The notes beneath the pieces are model-generated. The model saw only the letters and a program-made list of their open reading frames with translations. It searched no databases and was not told the DNA's origin. 64,000 nt of DNA from the NCBI GenBank assembly GCA_963728565.1, contig CAVSLC010000011.1:32001-96000 (forward strand), given 5' to 3'. This document shows, piece by piece, positions 12,723-22,405 of the stretch; positions within the stretch are counted from its first letter, which is position 1, and each line of letters starts with the position of its first letter. Both the position numbers and the translations under genes were made by a program. This DNA comes from an uncultured delta proteobacterium (GTDB taxonomy: Bacteria > Desulfobacterota > Binatia > UBA9968).

Positions 12723-13558
12723 AAAGACTCCGTTCTGTCTAAGGCGGTGAGGGCCGGCGTTCAAAAGCGCTGGTCATCATGTGTGGCGGAGGATTGAGCC
12801 TCGGGTCAACCGGAGCAGGAACCCCAGCAAGCTAGGTTGAATTTGGCGTCCCCTGTTATTGACCGGTCCGCCGCCGCATGATTTCCAACTTTCATACCTC
12901 TTATACTTTGAGGCGCACTCTAGCGCTTCGTTTCAGCCACCTCTTCTCCGGAGAACACATGCGGCTGTACAGGGAAGGTTGAGCTTGAGTTCCAAAGCTT
13001 CCAACCGAGCTATATGGGCAAAACGCGCTTGCTTGGACGTTATCTCCGCGGTCTGCATCTGAGACGGTCCAACTCGGCAACCTTCGGCCGCAGCTCGCCA
13101 TCTCTGCATCCTTCTCTTTCAGCTCTGCAGTCCGTTTTTCCAGCTTGGATGGCGATTATTATGGAGGTTTACCTGCTCGCTTGTCTCCATCGACTATTTT
13201 CTTAGTCCCATGCTCGATCACATTGGCTGTGTAGCGATCGATATTGTCGGGATCGAGGCCGCGGCTGGATTGTTCAGTTGCGGCGGTCGCTCTGGTGTAC
13301 GGGCCTTTCAAGAATTGCCGAGCTATCCTAGCCGATTCCGAGCAGATACTCGCGTATTGAGGCAGGAATGGGTTTCCTTTGGCGAAAGAGAAGATAAAGT
13401 TATCCGATGAAGTGAAAGCTACGAAGTCGAACCGGGCGGACAGCTGTTCATAAGGTTTTAACATGAAGTGATAATGGATTGGCCATTCACCCGCTGAAGG
13501 CCAGAATACTGCGCGCGATCGCAACACGTGATCGCGCTGATGAAAGGAAAACTTCACG

Positions 13559-15241
13559 ATGAGCAACGGCGCGCGACGCCCATCAATTGATGACCTCTGG
13601 TACAAGAACGCGATCATCTACTGTCTCGATGTCGAAAAATATGTCGACTCAAACGGCGACGGTATTGGAGACTTCGGCGGTCTGACACGGCGGCTGGACT
13701 ATCTCGCCGGCATGGGCATTACCTGCGTCTGGCTCCAGCCGTTTTATCCGTCACCGAATCGCGACAATGGTTACGACGTTAGCGATTACTACGGAGTGCA
13801 CCCAAAGCACGGCACGCTTGGCGAGTTCGTCGAGTTTATGAATCACGCGCAGCAGATCGGCTTACGGGTGATCGTCGATCTGGTGATTAATCACACGTCG
13901 AACCGTCATCCCTGGTTTGAATCCGCGCGCAAGGATCCAGCTTCGCCTTACCGGAACTGGTATGTCTGGTCGAAGACGCGACCGCCTGAGTGGAATAAAG
14001 GGATGGTGTTTCCGGGCGTGCAGAAAGCGACGTGGACCCGTGATCCGGTCGCAGACGAGTACTACTTCCACCGTTTCTACGAATTTCAGCCAGACCTGAA
14101 CACGTTAAATCCCGCCGTGCAACGCGAAATGATGCGCATCATGGGTTTTTGGCTGCAGCTTGGCGTCTCCGGCTTCCGGATGGACGCCGTTCCATTCATG
14201 ATCGAGCAGAAAGGCGCGGGGGTTACGCCGCGGAAGGATTATGAGATGCTCCATCTGCTGCGAAATTTTCTGCAGTGGCGCCGGCGCGATGCGATTTTCC
14301 TTGCTGAAGCGAACGTGCCGCCCAATGAGAGCATGGACTACTTCGGTGAGAACGGCGAGCGCATTCAAATGATGCTGAACTTCGCCGTCAATCAGCGACT
14401 GTTTTACGCGCTGGCGACAGGGGACATCAAACCGCTGGTCCGATCGCTGGAAGCTACTTACAACCGGCCGCCCGCCGCGCAATGGGTGAACTTCCTTCGC
14501 AGCCATGATGAGCTCGATCTCGGCCGGCTGACCGACACGCAACGCGAGCGAGTGTTCCAGGCCTTCGCGCCGGCAAAGGAGATGCAGCTTTACAATCGCG
14601 GCATCCGGCGCCGCCTTGCGCCGATGCTCGACAACGATCGCCGCAAGCTCGAACTGGCATTTAGCCTGGTGTTTACCTTGCCCGGGACACCGATGCTGCA
14701 GTTCGGCGACGAGATTGGGCTTGGCGATGATCTGTCTCTTCCAGAACGTGAGTGCGCTCGAACGCCGATGCAGTGGTCCAGCGACCCGCACGGCGGCTTT
14801 ACGACCGGGAAGCGGCCGGTGTTACCGGTGATCTCGGACCCGATCTATGGCTATCAACGAGTCAATGTCGAAGCGCAGCGTCGCGATCCGCATTCAATGC
14901 TTAACTGGATGGAACGCAAGATTCGGATGCGGCGGGAGTGTCCGGAGATTAGCTGGGGTGATTGGAAAATTCTCAAGACCGACCAGCCCGGTGTGCTCGT
15001 CATGCGCTACGAGTGGGACGACCACACGCTGGTCACCTTGCACAACTTCACCGGCAAACCGCGCGCCGTCGTGCTCGACCGCGGAGCCGTTGGCGGTGAT
15101 ACCGGCACCGGCGAACTTGTCGATCTACTTGCGACCAACGACAGCCGCGCCGACGACAACGGCCGTTACATCGTCGAGCTGCAGCCCTACGACTATAGAT
15201 GGCTCCGCGCCGGAGGCATCGATCGCAATGTGCCGAGATGA
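13559..15241 (+). CDS. GH13 alpha-amylase family protein, trehalose synthase (TreS)-like
   Basis: DSNGDGIGDF, DNGYDVSDY, DLVINHTS, GFRMDAV, FLRSHDELDL, GIRRRLAPML and RTPMQW motifs. Confidence 0.9.
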   Translation: MSNGARRPSIDDLWYKNAIIYCLDVEKYVDSNGDGIGDFGGLTRRLDYLAGMGITCVWLQPFYPSPNRDNGYDVSDYYGVHPKHGTLGEFVEFMNHAQQIGLRVIVDLVINHTSNRHPWFESARKDPASPYRNWYVWSKTRPPEWNKGMVFPGVQKATWTRDPVADEYYFHRFYEFQPDLNTLNPAVQREMMRIMGFWLQLGVSGFRMDAVPFMIEQKGAGVTPRKDYEMLHLLRNFLQWRRRDAIFLAEANVPPNESMDYFGENGERIQMMLNFAVNQRLFYALATGDIKPLVRSLEATYNRPPAAQWVNFLRSHDELDLGRLTDTQRERVFQAFAPAKEMQLYNRGIRRRLAPMLDNDRRKLELAFSLVFTLPGTPMLQFGDEIGLGDDLSLPERECARTPMQWSSDPHGGFTTGKRPVLPVISDPIYGYQRVNVEAQRRDPHSMLNWMERKIRMRRECPEISWGDWKILKTDQPGVLVMRYEWDDHTLVTLHNFTGKPRAVVLDRGAVGGDTGTGELVDLLATNDSRADDNGRYIVELQPYDYRWLRAGGIDRNVPR

Positions 15242-15561
15242 GAGTTCAGCTGTTGCATCATCAAATCGCTCCACACACCGGATTACGTTTGGCTACCGAG
15301 TTCAATGTGAATAGAGCAACCGCATTCACTGATTTTCAATTGCACGATTTTACCGAGATGAGCGGGCTAAGACGTCCCTTATGAAATAAATGAGAACAGC
15401 GTTCCAGCTGCACGGCGATACACCATCCGCCTATCTGATGCCGATTACTTAGTTAGGCGCATAAACTAAGCGCCGGGCTGGCGCGCAGCGGCGACACTTC
15501 CGCAGGCGCGCGAGTATGACTGCGCTCCCTGTAAGCTGCACGCGCCCTGAAAGGGACGTTC

Positions 15562-16557
15562 TCACGTCGCTTCGCCGGCCAGGGAGAAATCGAAGATTTT
15601 CTCCATGGCTATCGGTTCCTTTATCCGCAGGGCTTCCCTGCCGATATCGATGATCTCCTTGGCCGCATCCGCACTCAGCGTGCCCTTGGAGAGGATAAAT
15701 GGCGCATCATCATCGTACATTCTCTTCGCCATTGATGCGTCTTTGACGCCGAGCCGTTTTTGAATGTAGGGAATCATGAGCTCCGGGTTGTCCTGGTAAA
15801 ATTTTAGCGCCCTATTCCACGCGCTCAGAAAGCGCGTCAACCGTTCGCGCTTCTGCTTTATGTGTAAGTCGGTGGCGACGACGCCGGTTTGCAGGTAACG
15901 CATGTAGTCGCGGCCGCGGCCGAACACCTTGAACCCTTGGTCCAAGGCGAGATAAGTCGACGGCGGCGTCATCATGGCGCCCGCGACTTTACCGGTCAGT
16001 AGCGATTGCAGCCGCGCCGGCGTATCCATGCTCAACAGCGTGACATCTTTTTGTGCATCAAGACCTTTTGCCTGCAAGATGCGCCGAGTCATGATAGCGG
16101 CAGTGCCCTCTAACGAACCGACAGCAATCGATTTTCCTTTGAGCTCTGTCGGTGAAGCAGATGAGCCGATGACAAGTTCATGAATCGGCCGATCGCGCGT
16201 CACCGAAATAATTTTTAACGGCAAACCGCGCAATGCCGCGGAAAAGCCGCTACCTGCATGACAGGTGACGTCAATCTCACCGGACATGAGACTGCTGACG
16301 CCGACAATGCCGCGCACCACCAGGATCTGCAGGTCCAGGCCGTCCCGCGAGAAAAATCCTTTTTCTTGTCCGTAATAAAGTGGAACATAGCTCAAAGTCG
16401 GCCCCGGGATACTGATATAAAAGGTCTCCGCGGCCGGCGCTTTCAGCGCTACGAGCGGAAGGAAAAGAAGAATGAAAAAAGCCGCTCGCTTCAAAACGCG
16501 ATGACAAAGTCGTAGCGCTGAAGAGCTCTTGCCGTAGGACACGACTGGTGGATACAT
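15562..16557 (-). CDS. NMT1/SsuA-type ABC substrate-binding protein
   Basis: PLYYGQEKGFFSRDGLDL and LKGKSIAVGS motifs; signal peptide. Confidence 0.85.
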   Translation of the reverse strand: MYPPVVSYGKSSSALRLCHRVLKRAAFFILLFLPLVALKAPAAETFYISIPGPTLSYVPLYYGQEKGFFSRDGLDLQILVVRGIVGVSSLMSGEIDVTCHAGSGFSAALRGLPLKIISVTRDRPIHELVIGSSASPTELKGKSIAVGSLEGTAAIMTRRILQAKGLDAQKDVTLLSMDTPARLQSLLTGKVAGAMMTPPSTYLALDQGFKVFGRGRDYMRYLQTGVVATDLHIKQKRERLTRFLSAWNRALKFYQDNPELMIPYIQKRLGVKDASMAKRMYDDDAPFILSKGTLSADAAKEIIDIGREALRIKEPIAMEKIFDFSLAGEAT

Positions 16558-16570
16558 GCCTCTCTCCTCC

Positions 16571-16598
16571 CTATCTCTTGGTTTCTATCTCTTGGTTT
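16571..16598. repeat. 14-bp tandem direct repeat CTATCTCTTGGTTT x2
   Basis: Exact duplication immediately upstream of the RBS of the 16557 gene. Confidence 0.85.
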
Positions 16599-17039
16599 CT
16601 AACCCGCCGGACAATAACACGGACGTCTGCTCGAGTAGTAGCCGCGCCATTAGGTCCGTAGGCAGATGAGAAGCGTTAATGAGATGAATCGCAGATAAGC
16701 AAATTCCCAGCGAAGACCGTTTTTGATCAACTACTGCCGGAAGCCGTAATAATCAGTCTAAAGCAGACCATCAACTCTCTACTGTGGCGCTTTAGAAAAG
16801 ATTTCGGCTCACCGGCGAGAACTCGCTGAAAAGTCGAGATGGGACTCTGGTATTTAGATCCCGACACCGCGGGAAGCGCTGCTTCGCTGTATCAGTTCTG
16901 AATACCCTGTCCGAGTTTCGGCACAAAATCAGCTTCTCGCCCAATCCGCGGCAGCGGCGTCTCACTTTGGAGATTTACTTAGATACTCTGAAACGAAAAA
17001 TCATCGCTGGATCAGCGGGATTATCAACCAAGCTCCATG

Positions 17040-17054
17040 TGGCATGGAAGCTGC
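17040..17054 (+). promoter_or_regulatory. Putative sigma54 -24/-12 promoter
   Basis: TGGCATGGAAGCTGC fits GG-N10-GC, ~85 bp upstream of the small lipoprotein. Confidence 0.55.
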
Positions 17055-17137
17055 GGTTATTATCGCCAGCGGTTGACTCATGCCGCAGTCAAATCGGTAT
17101 TGGCTGCCGCTAAAAACATCACAGAGGAGGACATCTC

Positions 17138-17302
17138 ATGGTAAGTTTCAAAAAATTAGCAATACCGGTATTTGCGGGTATGCTATCGCTTGGCGGCCTA
17201 GCGGCTTGCGATCGAGAGGGGCCGATGGAGCGAGCCGGGGAAAAAGTCGACAGGTCGGTTGAGCGAGCCGGTGACAAGGTGGAAAGGGCGACGGATAAGT
17301 AG
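17138..17302 (+). CDS. Small 54-aa lipoprotein with LEA/CsbD-like charged repeats (absent from the ORF track)
   Basis: GAGGAGG RBS; MVSFKKLAIPVFAGMLSLGGLAAC (lipobox) followed by DREGPMERAGEKVDRSVERAGDKVERATDK*. Confidence 0.85.
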   Translation: MVSFKKLAIPVFAGMLSLGGLAACDREGPMERAGEKVDRSVERAGDKVERATDK

Positions 17303-17377
17303 GACCGCGCGAAGAGACCATCTGTGCGGCGCGAATCGCGGCGCACAGATGGGTAAGCCTGCGACCCACCGCTGCAA

Positions 17378-17504
17378 CTAGCAGCGTGCTGAAAAGACTC
17401 ATATCTTCGTTACCGCTCAATCGCCTCGCTGCAACGTACTATAAGTACGACCGCGCTCGTCGATTTTCGCGCGTCTTGCATCTGGATCTTTTTGAGCAGC
17501 CTGC
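17378..17504 (-). mobile_element. ~128-bp MITE-like palindromic element, copy 1
   Basis: Reverse complement GCAGGCTGCTCAAAAAGATCCAGA...CGTAC-loop-GTACG...TGAGTCTTTTCAGCACGCTGCTAG aligns end to end with 19121-19249. Confidence 0.75.
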
Positions 17505-17525
17505 AAGAGGTTTTTTTCAGCACCG

Positions 17526-18011
17526 CTAGGTGCTGATTTCCTCCCTCGGTTCTCTTCCCTGCGTTTCATAGAGCGTTTGATGCCGTCTTTTTAATTGTAG
17601 ATACTTTTTATCCTCTCTGGCCTTCTTCCATTTGTGATAAAACATCTTAGCCGATTGTGCTTTCTCATGGTCTTCTTCATGAGGCAGTAGTTCTCTAGTG
17701 CCCGGGGCGTACTTACGGCCTGACTTATGATTGGCGTACCTTCGTGCCCTGGTGTAACCCATCTGGAGAAATTTGCGCGCCATGTCCATTCCCACGAAGT
17801 CGTCGTCGGCTCGATAGTCAAGAAATATCTGATAGATCCTTCTGGCTGAGTTGCGCGCTTCACGAGCCGTTTTGAATTTCCAGTGAGGCAGTATCTCACT
17901 TTTGTAGGGTTCGACCAGGAGTACTCCCTGCTCGCCCTTACCGATGCAGTAGAGTCCAGGTCGCTTTCTGAAGTCAATTGTGGAGAAATCCAGCGAGTAA
18001 TCGAATTTCGT
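17526..18011 (-). CDS. DUF4385 family protein (frame open from an ACG codon at 18011)
   Basis: KFDYSLDF..IGKGEQGVLLVEPYKSEILPHWKFKT..DFVGMDMARKFLQMGYTRARRYANHKSGRKY in one frame. Confidence 0.85.
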   Translation of the reverse strand, partial: TKFDYSLDFSTIDFRKRPGLYCIGKGEQGVLLVEPYKSEILPHWKFKTAREARNSARRIYQIFLDYRADDDFVGMDMARKFLQMGYTRARRYANHKSGRKYAPGTRELLPHEEDHEKAQSAKMFYHKWKKAREDKKYLQLKRRHQTLYETQGREPREEIST

Positions 18012-18092
18012 AGAGCTTGGGATAAATCACCGCGGCTTTGCGCCTTCGCCCCCAGCGGGTCCGAACAGCGTTTGTCAAATGACAATCAACTC

Positions 18093-19085
18093 TTATTGAA
18101 GAAATAGTTTGTGAAATTCTTTACGCTTCTCAGCGTACACCTTCTCACCTAAGTCATCCATTTCGACGAATTGAATCTTGTCCGCATCGGGAACCGGCGG
18201 GTAAATACCCTTGCGGTTTACGAACTCGCCTGCTTTGGCCATGATGCTCATGCTCTCTTCGTCGAGAAAAAAATCGATGAAAGCTTTGGCGGCGTTGGGA
18301 TGCGGGGCCTTGCGCGATAAGGTCAAGTAGCTCGCGTCGCCGAGAAACTTACCCGTTCGCACGTAATCGATGGGCGCTCCTTTGATGCCGTTGAGATAGA
18401 CGTAATAAACGTAAGTTATCCCGATGGGAAACTCTCCTGAGGTGATCCGGTCTGCGGCGGGGTTGAAGGATTCGACAAAGGTCGGCTTCATCGCGGCCAG
18501 CTCGCGAATGAACTTTTCGGACTTCTCTTTACCGATCAGTTTGTGCACATTGGCGAGCCATTGGGCGGTGGTCGTGTGTAGTGTCGGGTCGGCCATAACC
18601 AGTCTGCCACGGTATTGGGGCTTGACAAGATCTTCCACTGTCTTCGGCGCATCGCCGGGTTTGATGATGTTCTTGTTGTAGAGAATGCCGATGATATGGT
18701 TGCGCGCCCGCGGGCCCAACTCGGGATCTATCGCGTCATTGGGGAAATCCTTGCTCATCGGCGAATCGTATTTCGCCAGGATACCTTCCTTGAGCATGAT
18801 CCGGGTCGTGTCCTCGGTAGACATGACGAGGTCGAACAACGCTTTGCCGGCGCGCGCTTCGCTAAGCGCCCGCTCCGTGACCCTGGTCGCCGAAGTGCGC
18901 CAGTAGTCGATGGTAATCCCGGTTTTCTTCTGGAAAGCTTTGTGCAGCAACTCAAAAATATCGGTTTGCATGGTGCCGTAAAGCACCAGCCGGCCATCCT
19001 TCTTGGCGGCCTCGATCAGCTTCGCATCCTGAGCGAAAGCGGTGGTCGCAACGCTCCAGAGAAGCAGCAACGTTATGACTGTCAT
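18093..19085 (-). CDS. Extracellular solute-binding protein (iron/thiamine-type ABC SBP)
   Basis: Signal peptide; AAKKDGRLVLYG, ILYNKN and APHPNAAKAFIDF motifs. Confidence 0.87.
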   Translation of the reverse strand: MTVITLLLLWSVATTAFAQDAKLIEAAKKDGRLVLYGTMQTDIFELLHKAFQKKTGITIDYWRTSATRVTERALSEARAGKALFDLVMSTEDTTRIMLKEGILAKYDSPMSKDFPNDAIDPELGPRARNHIIGILYNKNIIKPGDAPKTVEDLVKPQYRGRLVMADPTLHTTTAQWLANVHKLIGKEKSEKFIRELAAMKPTFVESFNPAADRITSGEFPIGITYVYYVYLNGIKGAPIDYVRTGKFLGDASYLTLSRKAPHPNAAKAFIDFFLDEESMSIMAKAGEFVNRKGIYPPVPDADKIQFVEMDDLGEKVYAEKRKEFHKLFLQ

Positions 19086-19120
19086 GGTCTCTCCTAGGCA
19101 ATTGATGAAAATTTCTGTAT

Positions 19121-19249
19121 GCAGGCTGCTCAAAAAGATTCAGAGGCTAGGCGCGCGAAGTTCGGTGAGCTGAGGCGTACGCCTCAGTACGTTGAAGCGA
19201 GGCGGGCGAGCGCAACGAAGCATATGAGTCTTTTTCAGCAGCGTGCTAG
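19121..19249 (+). mobile_element. ~128-bp MITE-like palindromic element, copy 2
   Basis: Terminal inverted repeats GCTGCTCAAAAAGATTCA / TGAGTCTTTTTCAGCAGC; internal CGTAC..GTACG hairpin; ends in CTAG overlapping the amidohydrolase stop codon. Confidence 0.78.
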
Positions 19250-20286
19250 ATGCGGTAAAACTCCTTGGCATTGTCATAAAGAATCTTCTGCTTGGTTGAA
19301 TCGCTTAACTCTGGCCGGGCGAGCAATTCGGGAATGTCTTTAAGGAATTCTCCGTAAACACGCTCGTGCGGATAATCGGACGGAAACATCAGCCGGGCAT
19401 CACCGATTACTTGAGTCACGTAGGCCAGCGAAGTTTCTTCCGGTTCGCAAGTGACATAGACGGCGCAATCCTTCACGTACTCGCTCGGTTTTCTTTTGAT
19501 ATTGGGGAAGGAGCGGCCGCCGCGGGTTTCATATTCGTAATCCAAACGGTCCATCATGTAAGGGAGCCAACCGCAGCCCGCTTCGAGAAAGGCGAGTTTG
19601 AGACGCGGGAATTTTTCCAGTACGCCATCACAGATAATACTGGTGAACTGAATCATCAGTGGAAAAGGGTGTTCAAGAGCGTGGACCTGGCCCTGGTCTT
19701 CGAAGTAATCGAAGCCGTAGCCGCGGCTCGGCGCGCCATGAATTCCCAGCGGCACGCCGAGCTCTTCGGCGGCGCGAAAGATCGGATTGAAATCCGGGTG
19801 GCCGAAGGCCTTGTTCATGACTGTTGCCGACGGTAAGAATGCGCCCACCATATCGAGCTTTTCCACTGCGTGACGCAGTTCTTGAACCGCACCCTGCGGG
19901 GCTTGAACCGGAAGCACAGCGACGCCCTTTAGGCGTGAATCTGATTTACTGTAGCGAGCGTGAAACCAGTTGTTATACGCGCGCGATATCGAACACGCCC
20001 AATTTGGATCTTGCACCAAACCAATGGCGAGCGCCGCCGTTGGATAGAGTACGGTGCTTTCCAGCCCCATGTTCTCGACGAATTGGACAACGTCTTGCGG
20101 CCGGGTTTCGAGCACTTTATCGGGACGTCCGGCGCCCAGACCGCGCGGCCAACCGTCGAGAGATGGGAAAAGGGAATAGGCGCGCGCCCGGCGCGTGCCG
20201 CGATATTTACCTTCGAAATGCTCTTCGATCTCTTCGTGATTTTCGTAGATGTGGCCGTCGGCATCGATGACCTTGGGATGTGTCAT
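19246..20286 (-). CDS. Amidohydrolase family protein (Amidohydro_2)
   Basis: IDADGH, AFLEAGCGWLP and PSDYPH motifs. Confidence 0.92.
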   Translation of the reverse strand: MTHPKVIDADGHIYENHEEIEEHFEGKYRGTRRARAYSLFPSLDGWPRGLGAGRPDKVLETRPQDVVQFVENMGLESTVLYPTAALAIGLVQDPNWACSISRAYNNWFHARYSKSDSRLKGVAVLPVQAPQGAVQELRHAVEKLDMVGAFLPSATVMNKAFGHPDFNPIFRAAEELGVPLGIHGAPSRGYGFDYFEDQGQVHALEHPFPLMIQFTSIICDGVLEKFPRLKLAFLEAGCGWLPYMMDRLDYEYETRGGRSFPNIKRKPSEYVKDCAVYVTCEPEETSLAYVTQVIGDARLMFPSDYPHERVYGEFLKDIPELLARPELSDSTKQKILYDNAKEFYRI

Positions 20287-20393
20287 GACAGTCCTCTCAA
20301 TTCGGATTATCTTGGCTGACCGTAGACTGTGAAAATTGGGGTGTCAAGGAACAGGTGAGCGCCCGTTCAGGGTTTACACCTTGAAGATCGCAG

Positions 20394-20424
20394 CCGTTCA
20401 AAGTTCAAGGTTCAACGGTTCAAG
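20394..20424. repeat. Four tandem GTTCAA units
   Basis: ccGTTCAAaGTTCAAgGTTCAAcgGTTCAAg in an intergenic region. Confidence 0.7.
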
Positions 20425-20540
20425 AAAAAAGGATTCTTGGAGTTTTCGATTTCAAGAAGTACGGTCCGGATGGTAGATCCAAGGTCCGGCCACAATCGAG
20501 ACATCTCTCTTGGCAAACGATCAAGGCCTACTTTTTGTCT

Positions 20541-21530
20541 TCACTTCGAAATTCCGCCTTCGCGCATGACTTCATCGAGCAGCGTTTCGTCGATGAGCTG
20601 TGCTGCGTTGATCGGCCGGTCGATTTTTTGCGCGGCACGGGCAAAGTCGACGAGCAATTGATATCCGCTCACCCGGTTTCTCCCATCCGGGCTGAGCAAA
20701 TCCAGGAGCTGCTTGTAAGCCAAAGCCGCGAGTTCCTGGTCCATGTTGAATTCCCGAGCGAGAAGCTGCGTAGTATCGGCGCGGTTATCTCGGATATAAT
20801 TCATCGAGCGCAGTGAAGCGCGGATGAACCGTTTTACCGTGTTGGGCTGCTTCTTGACCTTCTCGGCATTCACGACCACAGCCGTGCCCGGAACATCAAC
20901 ATAATCTCGGGTCGTGGCGAGCTTCGAAAAGCCCTCTTTGTCAGCAAGGAAATTGAAGGGCGAGCTCAACATCGTCGCGGCGATGGCGCCGGCTCTCAGC
21001 GCCGCAAACCGTTCCGGCGTTCCGCCCATGGCAAGGAGATTGACGTCGCGCTCCGGCTGCACGCCATTTTTGACAAGGATGCGGCGCACCATGGTATCGA
21101 CGAGTCCGCCGGGATTGAGCGAACCGATGGGCTGGCCTTTGAGGTCGGCAATGCGGCGATATTTGGCCTGCGCGTATAATCCCTGATCGACGTGAGCGTT
21201 GTAGCTCAAGACAATGCGCAACGGCGCGCCCGCTACGAAGGCGGTTACCGCGGTGGTACTGCCCATCGCAAAGTCGGCGTCGTTGGTGAGCAACGTCTGG
21301 ATATCCAAGCCGCCGCGAATATAAACCAGGCTCACATGAAGTCCTTCTCTTTGAAAGAAGCCCTTCTGCCGCGCGGTCTCCAAAATAGGGAAGTTGGTGA
21401 TGGATTTGCTGGGATAACTGACGACAATCTTCTCGGCGGGCGCGAAGCTCTGACCCTGTGCGTGCGTTGCAACGACGGCAGCGACAATAGCGCTTAACAC
21501 AAACATGCAGATGTTGAATGAGGCCGCCAT
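20541..21530 (-). CDS. NMT1/SsuA-type ABC substrate-binding protein
   Basis: QKGFFQREGL, DLKGQPIGS and GGTPERFAAL motifs. Confidence 0.85.
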   Translation of the reverse strand: MAASFNICMFVLSAIVAAVVATHAQGQSFAPAEKIVVSYPSKSITNFPILETARQKGFFQREGLHVSLVYIRGGLDIQTLLTNDADFAMGSTTAVTAFVAGAPLRIVLSYNAHVDQGLYAQAKYRRIADLKGQPIGSLNPGGLVDTMVRRILVKNGVQPERDVNLLAMGGTPERFAALRAGAIAATMLSSPFNFLADKEGFSKLATTRDYVDVPGTAVVVNAEKVKKQPNTVKRFIRASLRSMNYIRDNRADTTQLLAREFNMDQELAALAYKQLLDLLSPDGRNRVSGYQLLVDFARAAQKIDRPINAAQLIDETLLDEVMREGGISK

Positions 21531-21649
21531 GCTTCCTCTCCCCATTGCGAATCGGATCGATTCGAGCGCTTTCCCTCGTGAGATCCTCAATAATCGATGA
21601 CGTCTCAAAATGTCAACGACAATCAGCCTGACTCGGATTGAGCGAAAAG

Positions 21650-21842
21650 TCCAAAAGATGAAGATTGCTCAGACTGTTCTCAAACGATAAAGTTCAATTG
21701 CGCGCCATTGGATTGATCAACAAAAGCCCCGAGTCCGCAGTGTCAAAGATACTGGAACTTACTGGTCGCTCACTCCAATACGGCGACGCACTAATCACTC
21801 GTCTTCGAGCGATCACTCGCGAAGAACATAAAGAACTTTGAG
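21650..21842 (+). pseudogene. Degenerate C-terminal remnant resembling DUF4062-containing proteins
   Basis: Stitched frames QTIK.QLRAIGLI..RSVKDTGTYWSLT..YGDALITRLRAI; family recognised from memory only. Confidence 0.4.
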
Positions 21843-21892
21843 ACAGTCGCACAACCTGCATCTTGCGACACCGGAATCGGGAGTAAAGAACG

Positions 21893-22258
21893 ATGCCTCT
21901 TCCTATTGAGCAAATAAAAACGATCCGGCGTTGGCTCGGGTGGATCTTTGTCGCGTCCTTGCTGGTGACGTTCTTAGTAGGATTTATCGCGGCATGGAGG
22001 AACCCCTGGCATGGCATACTGCGAAGCGAAGAAATGGTGGTTTTCGCGTCATTGGTAACATCTGTTACGACTTTTCTTGGATTTCTGGTTACGACCGGGA
22101 TGACATGGCGAAAAGAACGTCGCGAGACTGATCACGCCAGTGTTGAACTGGAGAAAAACAAACTAGAGCTTGAGAAGCTCCGCCGTGAGATTGGCGACAA
22201 AAACGTCGCAGCGCAAGCCAAAAGGAATAAGATGAGCAAGCGGAAGCGCGTCGGTTAA
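21893..22258 (+). CDS. Hypothetical two-TM membrane protein with coiled-coil basic tail
   Basis: GGAG RBS; two hydrophobic helices; ELEKNKLELEKLRRE coiled coil. Confidence 0.65.
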   Translation: MPLPIEQIKTIRRWLGWIFVASLLVTFLVGFIAAWRNPWHGILRSEEMVVFASLVTSVTTFLGFLVTTGMTWRKERRETDHASVELEKNKLELEKLRREIGDKNVAAQAKRNKMSKRKRVG

Positions 22259-22405
22259 GACGCATTCTCCCGACCTGCTTCAACATTTCTTCTGTTTCCT
22301 TTTAAGCTCTTTTAGGCTACCATCCGGGCGTAATTTTCACTCCGCCTTTCGGTTGCATTTCGACCGACCGGGCCAGCCACGGCCGGGACTTAAGGGGACC
22401 TTTCC

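Noticed and set aside
12900-13300. Fragments resembling a coiled-coil protein and a membrane-sensor stub
   Set aside because: Too degenerate to assign and no coherent ORF
17378-19249. Autonomous IS, or CRISPR repeats
   Set aside because: No transposase between or near the repeats; only two long inverted copies, with no spacer array or cas genes
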